Source: Cyanophora paradoxa CCMP329 | Taxonomy: Eukaryota > Plantae > Glaucophyta | Assembly: GCA_004431415.1 (NCBI GenBank) | Contig: QPMI01000056.1 | Coordinates: 434,001-498,000 of the forward strand | DNA: 64,000 nt | Direction: 5' to 3' | Part shown: positions 26,347 to 37,421 of the stretch, one piece after another | Position numbering within the stretch: position 1 is the stretch's first letter | How the letters are laid out: each line of letters starts with the position of its first letter | Notes under the pieces: generated by a model | What the model was told of the DNA's origin: nothing | The model's input: only the letters and a program-made list of their open reading frames with translations | The model's database searches: none | Program-made: the position numbers and the translations under genes

Positions 26347-28318
26347 TTAAATTGTGTGGCTGTTGACATGAACTTCGATCAAAGAGCGCTTGAACCAGCC
26401 GCGGAACATAGAGAGCGCTTGCCGCTGAAGCACCTTGGGGAGTCTTAAAATGCGCACGTCGAGCCGGCCGTCGGCGTTGGGCATGCTGAGGAGCTCGCTG
26501 AACGCACGGAGCTCAACAAGGCTGGTGACTCGTGCCGCATAATGAGAAAGAACTGTCTCCAGCTTTGGGTTGGTGCGCGCGACCTCCTGCACGTTCACGA
26601 AGTCAGTCAAAAGTGTGCCGCGGCCGCAGCATGCACATGGCAAGTGGCTGACCCGCAGGAGTTCTGCAGAACCCAACTTGCCGCGCAAATAAAGGCGCTT
26701 CAGGGTCGGCCGCGCAACACGGATCAGGGCAGCCAGATTGGAGAAGTCGGGATCGACTCCTGTCACATTGACATCCAGATCTAGCGACTCCAGCCGCGGG
26801 GCGGCCGCCAGCGCCCCCGCTGCAGCCTGCAGAAGGGCAGCGCCCCCGTTTGGGGCACCTGCGATCTGTGCGGCGAGTCAGCGGCTAGCGGCTGGTTCGA
26901 GAAGACAAAAGAGCGCGGCTGCAAGGCGGGGCTCACGACGATGTGGAGTTCAAGGGAGCGCAGCTTCGGGAGGGCGCCCAGGCCTGCGAGGGCATCGACG
27001 CAGCTGTGGTCGACCTGCCCGCAGAAGAATCAGGTCAGGTCGATCTAATCTGATCTGAGATATGAGCGAGCTCGAGGGGAGGGTACCGCCACATAGAGCT
27101 CCTCGAGGTTGCGGAAGCGGAGGATCGAGGCGAGGGCGCGAGGGCTGATTGGCTGTGATGGCTCGCAGCTGCCGGAGAGCGGCAGCCGGAGCGAGCGGAC
27201 GCTGTCGGCGCTGAGCGCCTCGAGCGCCTCCTCCAGCTCGGCGTGCTCCTCCTCGTCCAGGATCTCAACACTCACGCGCAGCTCCTCCAGCGGGAGCCGC
27301 GAGAGCTCCTTGAGCGCCGCTCCGTACCGCACTGACCACGACACACTCTTCAGGTTCGGCCAGATCTCCACCAGTTCGGACTGCGCATGCGGCCGAGGTC
27401 AACTGTCATCCTCATACGGACCCCCAGGTCCCCCGCACAGCACGCGCGCACCGTTTGCTTGGCTGTGGACACAAACGAGCGGGATGCGATAAGCTCCCGG
27501 AGGTGCGGCAAGCAGCCGGGGGCTAGCGCTGCCGCGTCGAGCAAAGCCGTGAAGAGCGCGCCGTCCTCCACCTCGAGCGATCGTAGAGGAGCGGGCTGCA
27601 GGGCTGACAGAAAAGCGCCTGCGACGTGCGCAAGAGACTGCGGCCTGGCGATGCCCAGCTGACGCTGCTTCGCTTCGGAAGGCCACAACCACCAGAGCAT
27701 CGAGACGAACAGGACATCCTCCAGCGGGAAGGACGCCACAGACAGGGCTGCCAGCAGTTCTGTGGCCATGGCGAGATCATGATCAGTCATATGCATGTTA
27801 ACGTTACGGCGGCACGCGGGTATATATATAGATGAAGCCGCACCTGTGATGGCGCAGGCTGCATCGATGCAAGCCATGTAGTGTTCCATCGAATTCCTGC
27901 CCCATAAGGAGCACGCTGCTCCGACAACGAGCCGCCGACAGCCCGCCAGCGCCCCGCTTCGAATACGAGCTGAAAATCGGTCAAGCCGCCGTCTGTATGC
28001 TTTCAAACAATCCTGTTTATCGCTTATATCGTTGTGCTCAACGCGCAGCTCTTTCCAGTGCACGCCGCGCATGAGCTGCCGGAACCGCCGATCCAACGAC
28101 CACAGCTGGCACGTCTCGTACGCCTCCGTCGCCTCCAGCTCGCTGAGGATGCGCCGCACCAGCTCGTCCGGCAGCCGCGCGAAATGGTTCACACCTTCGC
28201 CGCTCCCGCTTGCCTCGAGCTCGGCTGCCTCTGCCGAAGAGAGGCCCGCTGTGCTAGAAGTGCTCGCCGGGGCTGAGGGATCCGCCGTACGCGCGCGCTT
28301 CGCTGCTCGCTTTGCCAT
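26347..28318 (-). CDS. F-box/LRR-like family gene, copy E, spliced
   Basis: F-box motif in ORF 27350-28318; LRR-like exon in ORF 27045-27371; last exon FRGWFKRSLIEVHVNSHTI*. Confidence 0.85.
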
Positions 28319-28464
28319 TTGAAGAGATTGAGGACAAGCTCAGCGACCATGCAACCGGCCTCCGCTCAGGGAGATTTGCGCTGCGACCGCCGCGCACGCC
28401 GCTGCTGGGAGCGACGATGACGCTGCGTGTCGATTGAGCTCTACCCCCGTCCGCACAAAAAACA

Positions 28465-30625
28465 ATGGGCCGCGTCGCTCTCGCAGAGTCTGGGGATGCG
28501 TACGCGCATGACATTGTCACAAGCCGTCTAGGGACGCGCTGCCGCCATGGCGCTCTCGCCGGGCGTCGACCGGCGCCAGCGCGCCCTTCGCCCACCCGAC
28601 GGGCGCGATCGGCAGTGGTTCGGCGATGCTTCTGCGTCACTGCATAGCCACAGCGATCGCCCCGAGCCAGTCGCAGCGCGCAGCGCGGCCCGCCCCAGCC
28701 GCCCACCCGCCGATCCAGGCGGCCGCTCAGCGCGCGGCGAGGCCTTGCGCTCTCCCGCAGCGGCGGTGGTACACGGGGAAGCGGCGGGTGCAGAAGGTCA
28801 AGGAGCGCAGCGCGGGCGAGGCGCAGCGGCGGGAGCGGGAGCGGGAGCCGGACCCGGCGGTACCGGTCATGGAGAAGGTGGTGCGGCTCACGACGCAGGC
28901 GCGGGAGCTGCTCGAGGACGACGCCTCTCCCGAGGCAGAGGCGCGCCTCAAGGTCCGGCCCCGCGGCCCCGCGCGCCGCCCGCCCCGCCCCGCCCGACGC
29001 GCCGGCGCCCGGCAGCTCGCGGTGGACGTCGCGACGCGGGAGTTTGGGCCCCGCCACCAGATCGTGCGCCGCCCGCCGCCCGCCGCCCGCCGCCGCGCGC
29101 GGGGCCGATGGCGGGGCGCGCGCAGACGCTGGCGACGATGAGCGCCCTGGGCGACGCGTACATGCAGCGGCGGGGCCTGGACAAGGCGCAGCCGATCTTC
29201 GAGGCGCGCGCCCGCGCCCGCGCGGGCCGCGGGGGCGGCGGCCGAGCGTCCGCGCGCAGGCGTGCCTGGCGGCGTGCGTGGCGAGCGGGAAGGACGCGCC
29301 GGACGACGAGACGGTGCCCTGGTGCCTGCACGAGCTGGGCGACATCTACCTCGAGCGCGGCCGCCGCGCCGAGGGCGAGCGCATGCTCCAGGCGAGCCCG
29401 GCCGGCATCCTGTACCCCTTCGGTCCCTCATCCGCCGCAGCGGGCGACGACAATGTTCCTCGAGGCGGCGGACGCCTCCGATCTCGAAGCCTCCGACCGC
29501 GCCGAGCTCGCCATGTCCGCGTACCCTCCTGCGGCCCCGCCGCCGCCTCACGGTACCCCCGCAGGTCCCTCGCTTTGATCGCGGGCACGCTCCGGCGGCA
29601 CGGCTTCCGGCCAATGATGTACCCCTGCTCGAGGCGCGTCGGAGCCAGTACTCCCGCAGTGCCGGTTGCTGACGGGACTTGTGTCCAGGTGCGCTTTTCA
29701 TCGCTTCGTCCCCGAGCTCTGCCAGGCGTACGCCACAGTACCCCCCTATAGCTAGCCCCCTGCGCCCCTCAGTACCCCCCTTGCGCAGCCTAGCGGAGGC
29801 CCACAGCGACCTGGGGAACCACGACAAGACTGTACCCCTCCTCCAGGCGCGCCCCGCCGCCCCGCCTCGCCAGGCCTGCTCGTACCCCGCCTGCCTGACC
29901 CTCGTCCCCGCAGCGGGCGCTGGCGGACTTGCGGGCGCAGAAGGCTCCGGATAGCGAGGAGGTCATCGAGACGATACGCGCCCTCGCAGTACCCCTCGGG
30001 CCCGTCCGTACCCCGTCCCGCCCCCGCCCGACGCAGCGCAGACGGCCCTCGCGGCGCGGGGCAAACAAAAGGCGGCGGAGCCGCCCTGGAGGTGACGTAC
30101 CCCTCCCCCTCTTCTCCCGGCGGGGCGCGGCGCCGAGGGGGCGGCAGGGGTCGATGGAGGGCCTGCTGGGGGCGCTGGGGGATGGGGCGGGGGAGAGCGC
30201 GGCGGTGGGGCTGCTGCTGGGGCAGCTGGGCGCGCTGCACGCCGACGCGGCGTCGCCGGCGCACGACGACCGGCGCGCCGTCGCTTGCCTCTAGGCCGCC
30301 GAGCGCGCCCTCGGCGCCTCCTTCGGCGACGGCCATCCCCAGTCCGCCCCTCCGCCGCCCGCCCGGCGGCCACCCGCCGCCCGCGCTGCTTTGCCGGCCC
30401 CGGACGGGCGGGGCAGGTCGCTTCCGGATCCGTTCGTCTTCTGCCTGGGGAGGGTCTACCACTGCCTCGGGCATCATACCTCCCCCTACCCCCGTGCCCG
30501 CCTCCACGTGCACGCCCCCGGCTCCCCCCCCCCCCCCCCCCCCCGCCTCCCCTCCCCCACCGCCTCCCCCACCCCCTCCCCTCCCCCACCGCCTCCGCCC
30601 CTCCCCCTCCCCCCCCTCCCCTCCG
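28465..30625 (+). pseudogene. TPR pseudogene T5
   Basis: TAG at 28529-28531 (Trp TGG in T2) and TAG at 30292-30294 (GAG in paralogs). Start exon and 3' exons are missing; ends in a poly-C tract. Confidence 0.75.
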
Positions 30626-30651
30626 ACCTCGTTTGTTATAATTAATATTCA

Positions 30652-32607
30652 TCACACAATTTTACCGTTGACACGGACACTGATAAAAGGCGCCCGTACA
30701 TGGAACCAGCCCCACAGCATTGAGAGCGCCTGCTGAAGGAGCACCGCGGGAAGGCCATGGATGTCCAGGACAACTTCGAGGCGGCCGTCGTCGGTGGGCA
30801 TGCTGAGGAGCTCGCTGCAGCTGAACGCGTGGAGCTCGAGGAGGCTGGTGACTTCGGCCGCATTGTGAAAGAGAAGTACAGTCTCCAGCTTCGGGCCGAC
30901 GCGCGCGACCTCCTGCGTCCGAGGGAAGCATCAGTCGTGAGTCAGAAGCATCGGGGCGTGGCAAGTGGCTGACCCGGAGGACTTCAGCAGAACTTAAGTT
31001 GCCGCGAAGGTAAAGGCGCTCCAGGGTCGGCCGCGCAACGCGGATCAGGCCAGCCAGACTGGAGACGTCGGGAACGACTCCTCCAGAAATCACATCCAGG
31101 GTCAGTGTCTCGAGCCGCGGGGCGGCCGCGAGCGCCCCCGCCGCAGCCTGCAGAACGGCAGCGCCCCCGTTCGGGGCGTCGACGACCTGCGTATACGTAA
31201 CGAGTCAGTCACTGTTCCGAACAGATGGTATAGAAGACAGGTCGTACGTCAATCTCGAGCGTGGCAGAGCGCAGCTTCTGCCGGTTCGCTGGACCCACGA
31301 GGGCGTCACTGGACGTGTGGTCTATCTGCAGGAGACCGAGTCAGATCAGATCTAAAAGAAGGAGAAGGGGGGATGGAATGCAGCGGGGGTACCACCAAAG
31401 CGAGCTCCTCGAGGTTGCGGAAGCGGAGGATCGAGGCGAGGGCGCGAGGGCTGATCGGCCGCGTGCGCTCGAATGGTTCGTCTGGATCGGAAAGCGGCAG
31501 CTCGAGCAAGCGGACGCAGTCGGCGCTGAGCGCCTCGAGAGCCTCCTCGAGCGCAAGCTCCGAGGGCCCCTCCACAAGGCTCTCCACATTCACGCGCAGC
31601 TCCTCCAGCGGGAGCCGCGAGAGCTCCTTGAGCGCCTCTCCGTTTTGCACCGAGCACGAGATCTTCGCAAGGTTGGGCCAGGTCTCCACCAGCTTCGACT
31701 GCGGCCGCGGTCAATTGCGATGGCGAGCCTCAGCCCCGCGCAACACGCGTAGAGCGAACCGTGTGCTGAGCCGTCGGTGGGGCGAAGCGGCGCATGCTCA
31801 GCTCCCGGAGGTGCGGCAAGCAGCCGGGGGCTGCCGCGTCGAGTAAAGCCAAGGACAGCGCTCTGTCCTCCACCTCGAGCGACCGGAGAGGGGCGGGCTG
31901 TAGGGCTGCCAGGAAAGCGCTTGCGACGTGTCTCAGGGACTGTGGCGCGGCGATGCCCAGCTGACGCTGTTTCACTTCAGCGGGCCAACCATCCCAAGAG
32001 TCTGTCCAATCGACTGAGAAGAAGTGCACACTCTCCAGCGGGGCGGACACCACAGACAAGGCTGCCAGAAGTTCTGTGGCGAGCGATCAGTCGGAGAAGC
32101 ACTGTCACTCAGCGAGCATACCGACGCACTTGTAATCGCGCAGGCCGCATCGATGCAAGCCTCGACGTGTTCTTTTGACGTGCACGTGCCCGAGAACACG
32201 CGCGCTGCTCCAACAGCAAGCCGCCGACAGCCGGCCAGCGCTCCGCTTCGAGCGCGCGCTGAAAAACGATCGAGCCGCCGCCTGAATGTCTCCAAACGTT
32301 TCTGCCTATCGCAGGCGCCCGCTTTGCTGGGCTCGAGCCGCAGCTGCTGCCAGTGAACGCCGGGCACGAGCCGCCGAAACCTCTGATCTAGCGACCACAG
32401 CTGGCATTTCTCGTAAGCCTCCGTCGCCTCCAGTTCGCTGAAGATGCGCTGCACCAGCTCGTCCGGCAGCCGCGCGAAATGGTTCGCTTCCTCACCGCCC
32501 CCGCTCGCGTCTGTTACCGCTGCAGAATAAGGGCCTGCCGTGCTAGACGAGCTCGCCGAGGCCGACGGCTCCTCCGCACGCGCGCGTTTCGCCGCTCGCT
32601 TCGCCAT
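30652..32607 (-). CDS. F-box/LRR-like family gene, copy F, spliced
   Basis: F-box motif in ORF 31972-32607; last exon reads ...LWGWFHVRAPFISVRVNGKIV*. Confidence 0.85.
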
Positions 32608-32820
32608 TCGAAGAGCTCACACTCAGTGTCCGCTTCGACCGCTTCGGATTGCTCTTCTTCTAGGCGTGATCCGTGCTACGACCGCAGCACGACGCGCTGT
32701 AGGGACTGCAGTTCGATGGAGCTCTACCCCCGTTCTTCTCGAAAAAAAGCGATGCTGGGCCGAGCCCACGTACACGCAGCTGATTCAAAAGCGTAGTACG
32801 CTGGTTTCGGATAGCGAGCC

Positions 32821-34320
32821 ATGCTGGCGCTCCGGAGGCAGGTGCGGGCCGCGTCGCTCCCGTGCCCACCTGCGCCGCCCCCATTTCGCCGGCCGTCCCA
32901 ACGCGTACGCACATGCGCCGCAGGGAGTCATAGTGTCACGCGCCGTCTGAGGACGCGCTGCAGCCATGGCGCTCCGGCGGGCGGCGATCGGCGCCAGCGC
33001 GACGCTTGCCCGCGGCCGCCCGACGGGCGCGATCAGCAGTGGTTCGGCGACGAATACGCGTCGTGCATAGCCGCAGCGATCGCCCCGAGCCAGTCGCAGC
33101 GCGCAGCGCGGCCCGCCCCAGCCGCCCATGGCCACCCGTAGATCCGGATCCAGGCGGCCGCTCAGCGCGCGGCGCGGCCTTGCGCCCTCCCGCAGCGGCG
33201 GTGGTACACGTGGAAGCGGCGGGTGCGCAAGGTCAAGGAGCGCAGCGCGGGCAAGGCGCAGCGCCGGGAGCGGGAGCGGGATCGATATCCGGACCGGGAG
33301 CCGGACCCGGCGGTCGTGGAGAAGGTGGTGCGGCTCACGACGCAGGCGCGGGAGCTGCTCGAGGACGACGCCTCTCCCGAGGCCGACGCGCGCCTCAAGG
33401 TCCGGCCCCGCGCCCCCGCGCCCCGCCCGCCGCCGCCCCGCCCGACGCGCCGGCGCCCGGCAGCTCGCGGTAGACGTCGCGACGCGGGAGTTGGGGCCCC
33501 GCCACCAGATCGTGCGCCGCCCGACGCCCGGCGCCGCGCGCGGGGCCAACGGCGGGGCGCGCGCAGACGCTGGCGGCGATGAGCGCCCTGGGCGACGCGT
33601 ACATGCAGCGGCGGGACCTGGACAACCTGGGCGACGCCCCTCAGTCACCCCCCTTGCGCAGCCTTGACCTGGGGAACCACGACAAGACGGTACCCCTCTA
33701 CCCCGCCAGACCTCCTTGTACCCCGCTTGCCTGACCCTCGTCCCCGCAGCGGGCGCGAGCGGACTTGCGGGCCGGGCGCAGAAGCCGCCGGACAGCGAGG
33801 AGGTTATCAAGGCGACACGCGCCCTCGCAGTACCCCTCGGGCCCGTCCGTACCCCGTCCCGCCCCCGTCCGACGCGGCGCAGACGGCCCTCGCGGCGCGG
33901 GGCGACCCAAAGGCGGCGGTGGCGGCCCTGGAGGTGCCGGTCCCCCCCCTCCCGGGGCGGCGCGGCGCCGAGGGGGCGGCAGGGGTCGCTGGAGGGCCTG
34001 CTGGGGGCGTTGGGGGACGGGGCGGGGGAGGGCGCGGCGGTGGGGCTGCTGCTGGGGCAGCTTGGCGCGCTGCACGCCGACGCGGCGTCGCCGGCGCACG
34101 ACGACCTGCGCGCTGTCGCCTGCCTCGAGGCCGCCGAGCGCGCCCTCGGCGCCTCTTTCGGCGACGGCCATCCGCAGTCCGCCCCTCCGCCGCCCGCATT
34201 CAAAGTCTGTTGCCAGCACACCGCCGCCGGCCCTCGACTGGGCAGGGCAGGTCTCTTCTGTTCCTCCTGCCCCCCTCTGCCCTCCTCCGCGCGCCCCGCC
34301 CCGCCCCACCCCGCCCGACA
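32821..34320 (+). pseudogene. TPR pseudogene T6
   Basis: MLALRRQ start retained, but TGA at 32948-32950 (TGG in T2), TAG at 33139-33141, an internal deletion of roughly 600 bp at ~33625 and a 3' truncation. Confidence 0.8.
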
Positions 34321-34445
34321 CTCAATTCCAGCTGCGTGCTGAGTTGTAGGGCGTTTCCACGTGCCTGTTTCATCATATATAGCTATAGGCCGGATTTGAA
34401 TGACAATCAGATGGTGAGGGGGCGGGAGGATGTGCCTCCGCCTGC

Positions 34446-36473
34446 CTACGAGGAAGTGTTGAATACTTCTTCTGAATTAACGTGGGCAAAGATTGGGGGA
34501 GCCATATCTCCGAACCAGTCAGAGAGAAGAGCGAATGCCTGATTGCTGAAAACCGGGTTGGGGGAGACGACTTTGAGATCGATGCGAAGGTTGGGCAGGT
34601 GGTCATTGGAGATATTCCGTAAAGCGCTCAACTCTTGCAGCTTGTCGATGCTGCTGACGTTGACCCCAGACCTATAGTACAAGTCGACAGATTGCAGTTT
34701 CGGGCCGGCCTGCGCGATCTCCTAAACGAGCGACGTGCACGTGTCAGTCCAGAGTTCGAGTTGCATATATATGCATCGCAATCACGAACCTGCAGGACCT
34801 GTGCCTCGAAAATCATTCCACAGTTGATCTTGAGCTCCTTGAGAATCGGACGAGAAGCACTTATAAGGGATGCCAAAATGGCGGGGTTTGCCCGAGGCTC
34901 AATCCGGATGTCGCTGCTCACAGATAAAGCAAATTCGAGCGATGACGGGGCGGTCGGCAGCGCCGCAGCTGTAGCTTGCATTAAACGTGTATTTTTGTCC
35001 TCGTCTCGATCGATCTGGGCGGCGAGTCATGATTAGGATAATTAAGTCACAAACGATCGATAATATTAATGAGTGGATCAAAAAAACATAGCACACGTAA
35101 AGCTGAAGCCCGAGGTAGCGGAGCTTCTCTAAAGACCGAAGGCCACCAAGCATGTCACAGGACGTCGACAGGGATTCAACCTGACGCAAGCCGGTTCAGA
35201 AAAGTCCATCGCAAGCTTGAGGAAACATGTTAGAACAGAAATCTAAAAGCAGCTGACCGCGATCCAGAGCTCCTCGAGATTGCGAAGGCGGAGGATGGCT
35301 GCGAGAATCCTTGGCGTGACTGGCTCCCTGGGCGATAGAAATAGCACTCGAAGATAATTTGCATTGAACGCCGGCGCCTCCAGCACCCCCTCCAGGCCGT
35401 CGTTCGAGGTGACGCGAAGAACTTGCAGGTTCTCCAGTGGGAGCTTCAAGAGGTGTTGGAGTGCCGCTCCATCGTGCACGGAGCACGACAATGTCTTGAG
35501 GCCCGGAGCCATTTGGACGAGCTTCGACTGTGTTCGAATTCAAAAAGAAACGACGGGAATCAGAATTTATAATTGAAACCAGAATCAGAAATTTGAATTC
35601 TTCGAAGCGGAATCGAACCGTGTGCTCGGCCTTCAGGATGAGGGCCCCGTTTTCCAGTCGCAGCTCTCGCAGATTCTCGAAACAACGCGGAGTCGCAACC
35701 GCGACGAGAGTGGAAGAAAAGCGCCAGTCGTCCAGCTGCAGCGACCGGAGCGGGGCGGGGCACAGGGCCGCCAGGAACGAGCGCGCGACGTCCTCCAGGG
35801 ATCGCGGCGCTGCGATGCCGAGCTCGCGTTGCTTCGCCTCCAGCGGCCAGGGTTGCCAGTTTCCTGTTAAGCAGACTGCCTCCAATGGCACAGGTGCCGT
35901 TGACATGGCTTTCATCAGTGCTGCGCAATCGCAAGCGCGGCAAGAATGTTAATCATTTTGAATTTGCAACTGACATTGCAAAGAGCGCATTGCATAATTA
36001 CCTGAAAGAGAATATGTCGCATATATGCAAGCCTCCAGGCCCTCTTTCGTGCTCAAGGCACGATCGATATCCGATCGACCCGCAGTATAAGCACCACGGT
36101 CGACCCACGCTGGACCGACGACGAGCTGCGAGCTGCCCGCCAGCGCCCCGCTTTGGACGCGAGCAGTGAAGCGGTCCAGCTGCGCTCTGTAGTTGTTCGT
36201 CCGCTCTAGCGAATCGATATCATGTTGATCGAATTGATATCGATTCCGGCTGCAAGGGAGCCACAGCTGCTGCCACTGCACGCCGCGCATGAGCTGGCTG
36301 AACCGACGATCCACCGCCCACAGCCGGCACTCCTCGTACGCCTCCGTCGCCTCCAGTTCGCTGAAGATGCGCCGCACGAGCTCGTCGGGCAGCCGCACGA
36401 AATGGTTCACTCCCTCGCGATCGCGATCGCCGCCCCCGCCCGCGTCGACGTCCGAAGCCGCTCTCGCCTGCAT
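34446..36473 (-). CDS. F-box/LRR-like family gene, copy G (most divergent, AT-richer), spliced
   Basis: NHFVRLPDELVRRIFSELEATEAYEEC; ILRLRNLEELWI; last exon ...LSDWFGDMAPPIFAHVNSEEVFNTSS*. Confidence 0.8.
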
Positions 36474-37189
36474 CCGCTACAGCTGCTCCGCTCCTACGCT
36501 CGCCCAATTGCAAGTTGAGCACGTGCTCGACGATCGCGCGCGAGAGAAATCTTCAGGCTCGAGCTCCGCGCGCTCGCCCCTCACTGCTCCTAGGCCTCGC
36601 GATCGAGGTCGAGACAGCTGCTGGCCATGGCAGCTGTTGCGCATGCGACGTGCTGCGAAGGTCGGTCGGCGTTGCCAAGTTGCTGGAATGAAGCTCTACC
36701 CTCATACGCAGGCCTCTACCCCAAAATAATAAATAAAAAAACGTGGAATTATAAATCTATACGTATATATAGCAGATGGATTCGATTCTCCCCCCCTCCC
36801 CTCGAGCTCCCCCCTCCCCTCCCGCGCCCCCCCCTCTCTAGACGCGGCGTATAACCAGTTAAAGCTCGAGCTCGAACTCGAGCTCACAGCGAGCCCGGCG
36901 GCCCCAACAGTCCCGAGCGGGCCCCGGGCCCCCCCGAACTGCAGGCCCCCCCGGGCTCACCCTACCCCGCCCACCGCCCACCGCCCACCCTACCCCGTAG
37001 GCATGGGCTTCCGTAGGCATTGGCAGCGTCGATAGGCAGCTTGTTAGACTTCATCGAGAGGGAAACACAACAACGACAACGAGTACTGCAGGGCGCCGAT
37101 GGCCGCCCCGTCGTTCGTCCCTCCCGTTGAGTGGGAAGGGAGCCGGCGGGAGGACGGGCGAGCGGACTGGAGGGGGAGGCGGAAAGAAC

Positions 37190-37252
37190 GCGGGCGGGCG
37201 GGCGGGCGGGCGGGCGGGCGGGCGGGCGGGCGGGCGGGCGGGCGGGCGGGCG
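37190..37252 (+). repeat. (GGGC)n microsatellite, ~15 copies
   Basis: Seen directly. Confidence 0.95.
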
Positions 37253-37421
37253 GGGAGCCAAGGGATAAAGTACTTCGGTTCGGACGTGCGCCCCTAGCGG
37301 GCGCCTCCGGACTGCGGGGGCCGTGAGGAAAGGGACGGGGCCGAACGAGGCGCGGCGCAGCAGGAGCCGGTCGCACCCGGGGGACGGGGGGGTCGGAAGG
37401 CCTGCGCATGCGGCCGCGGCC

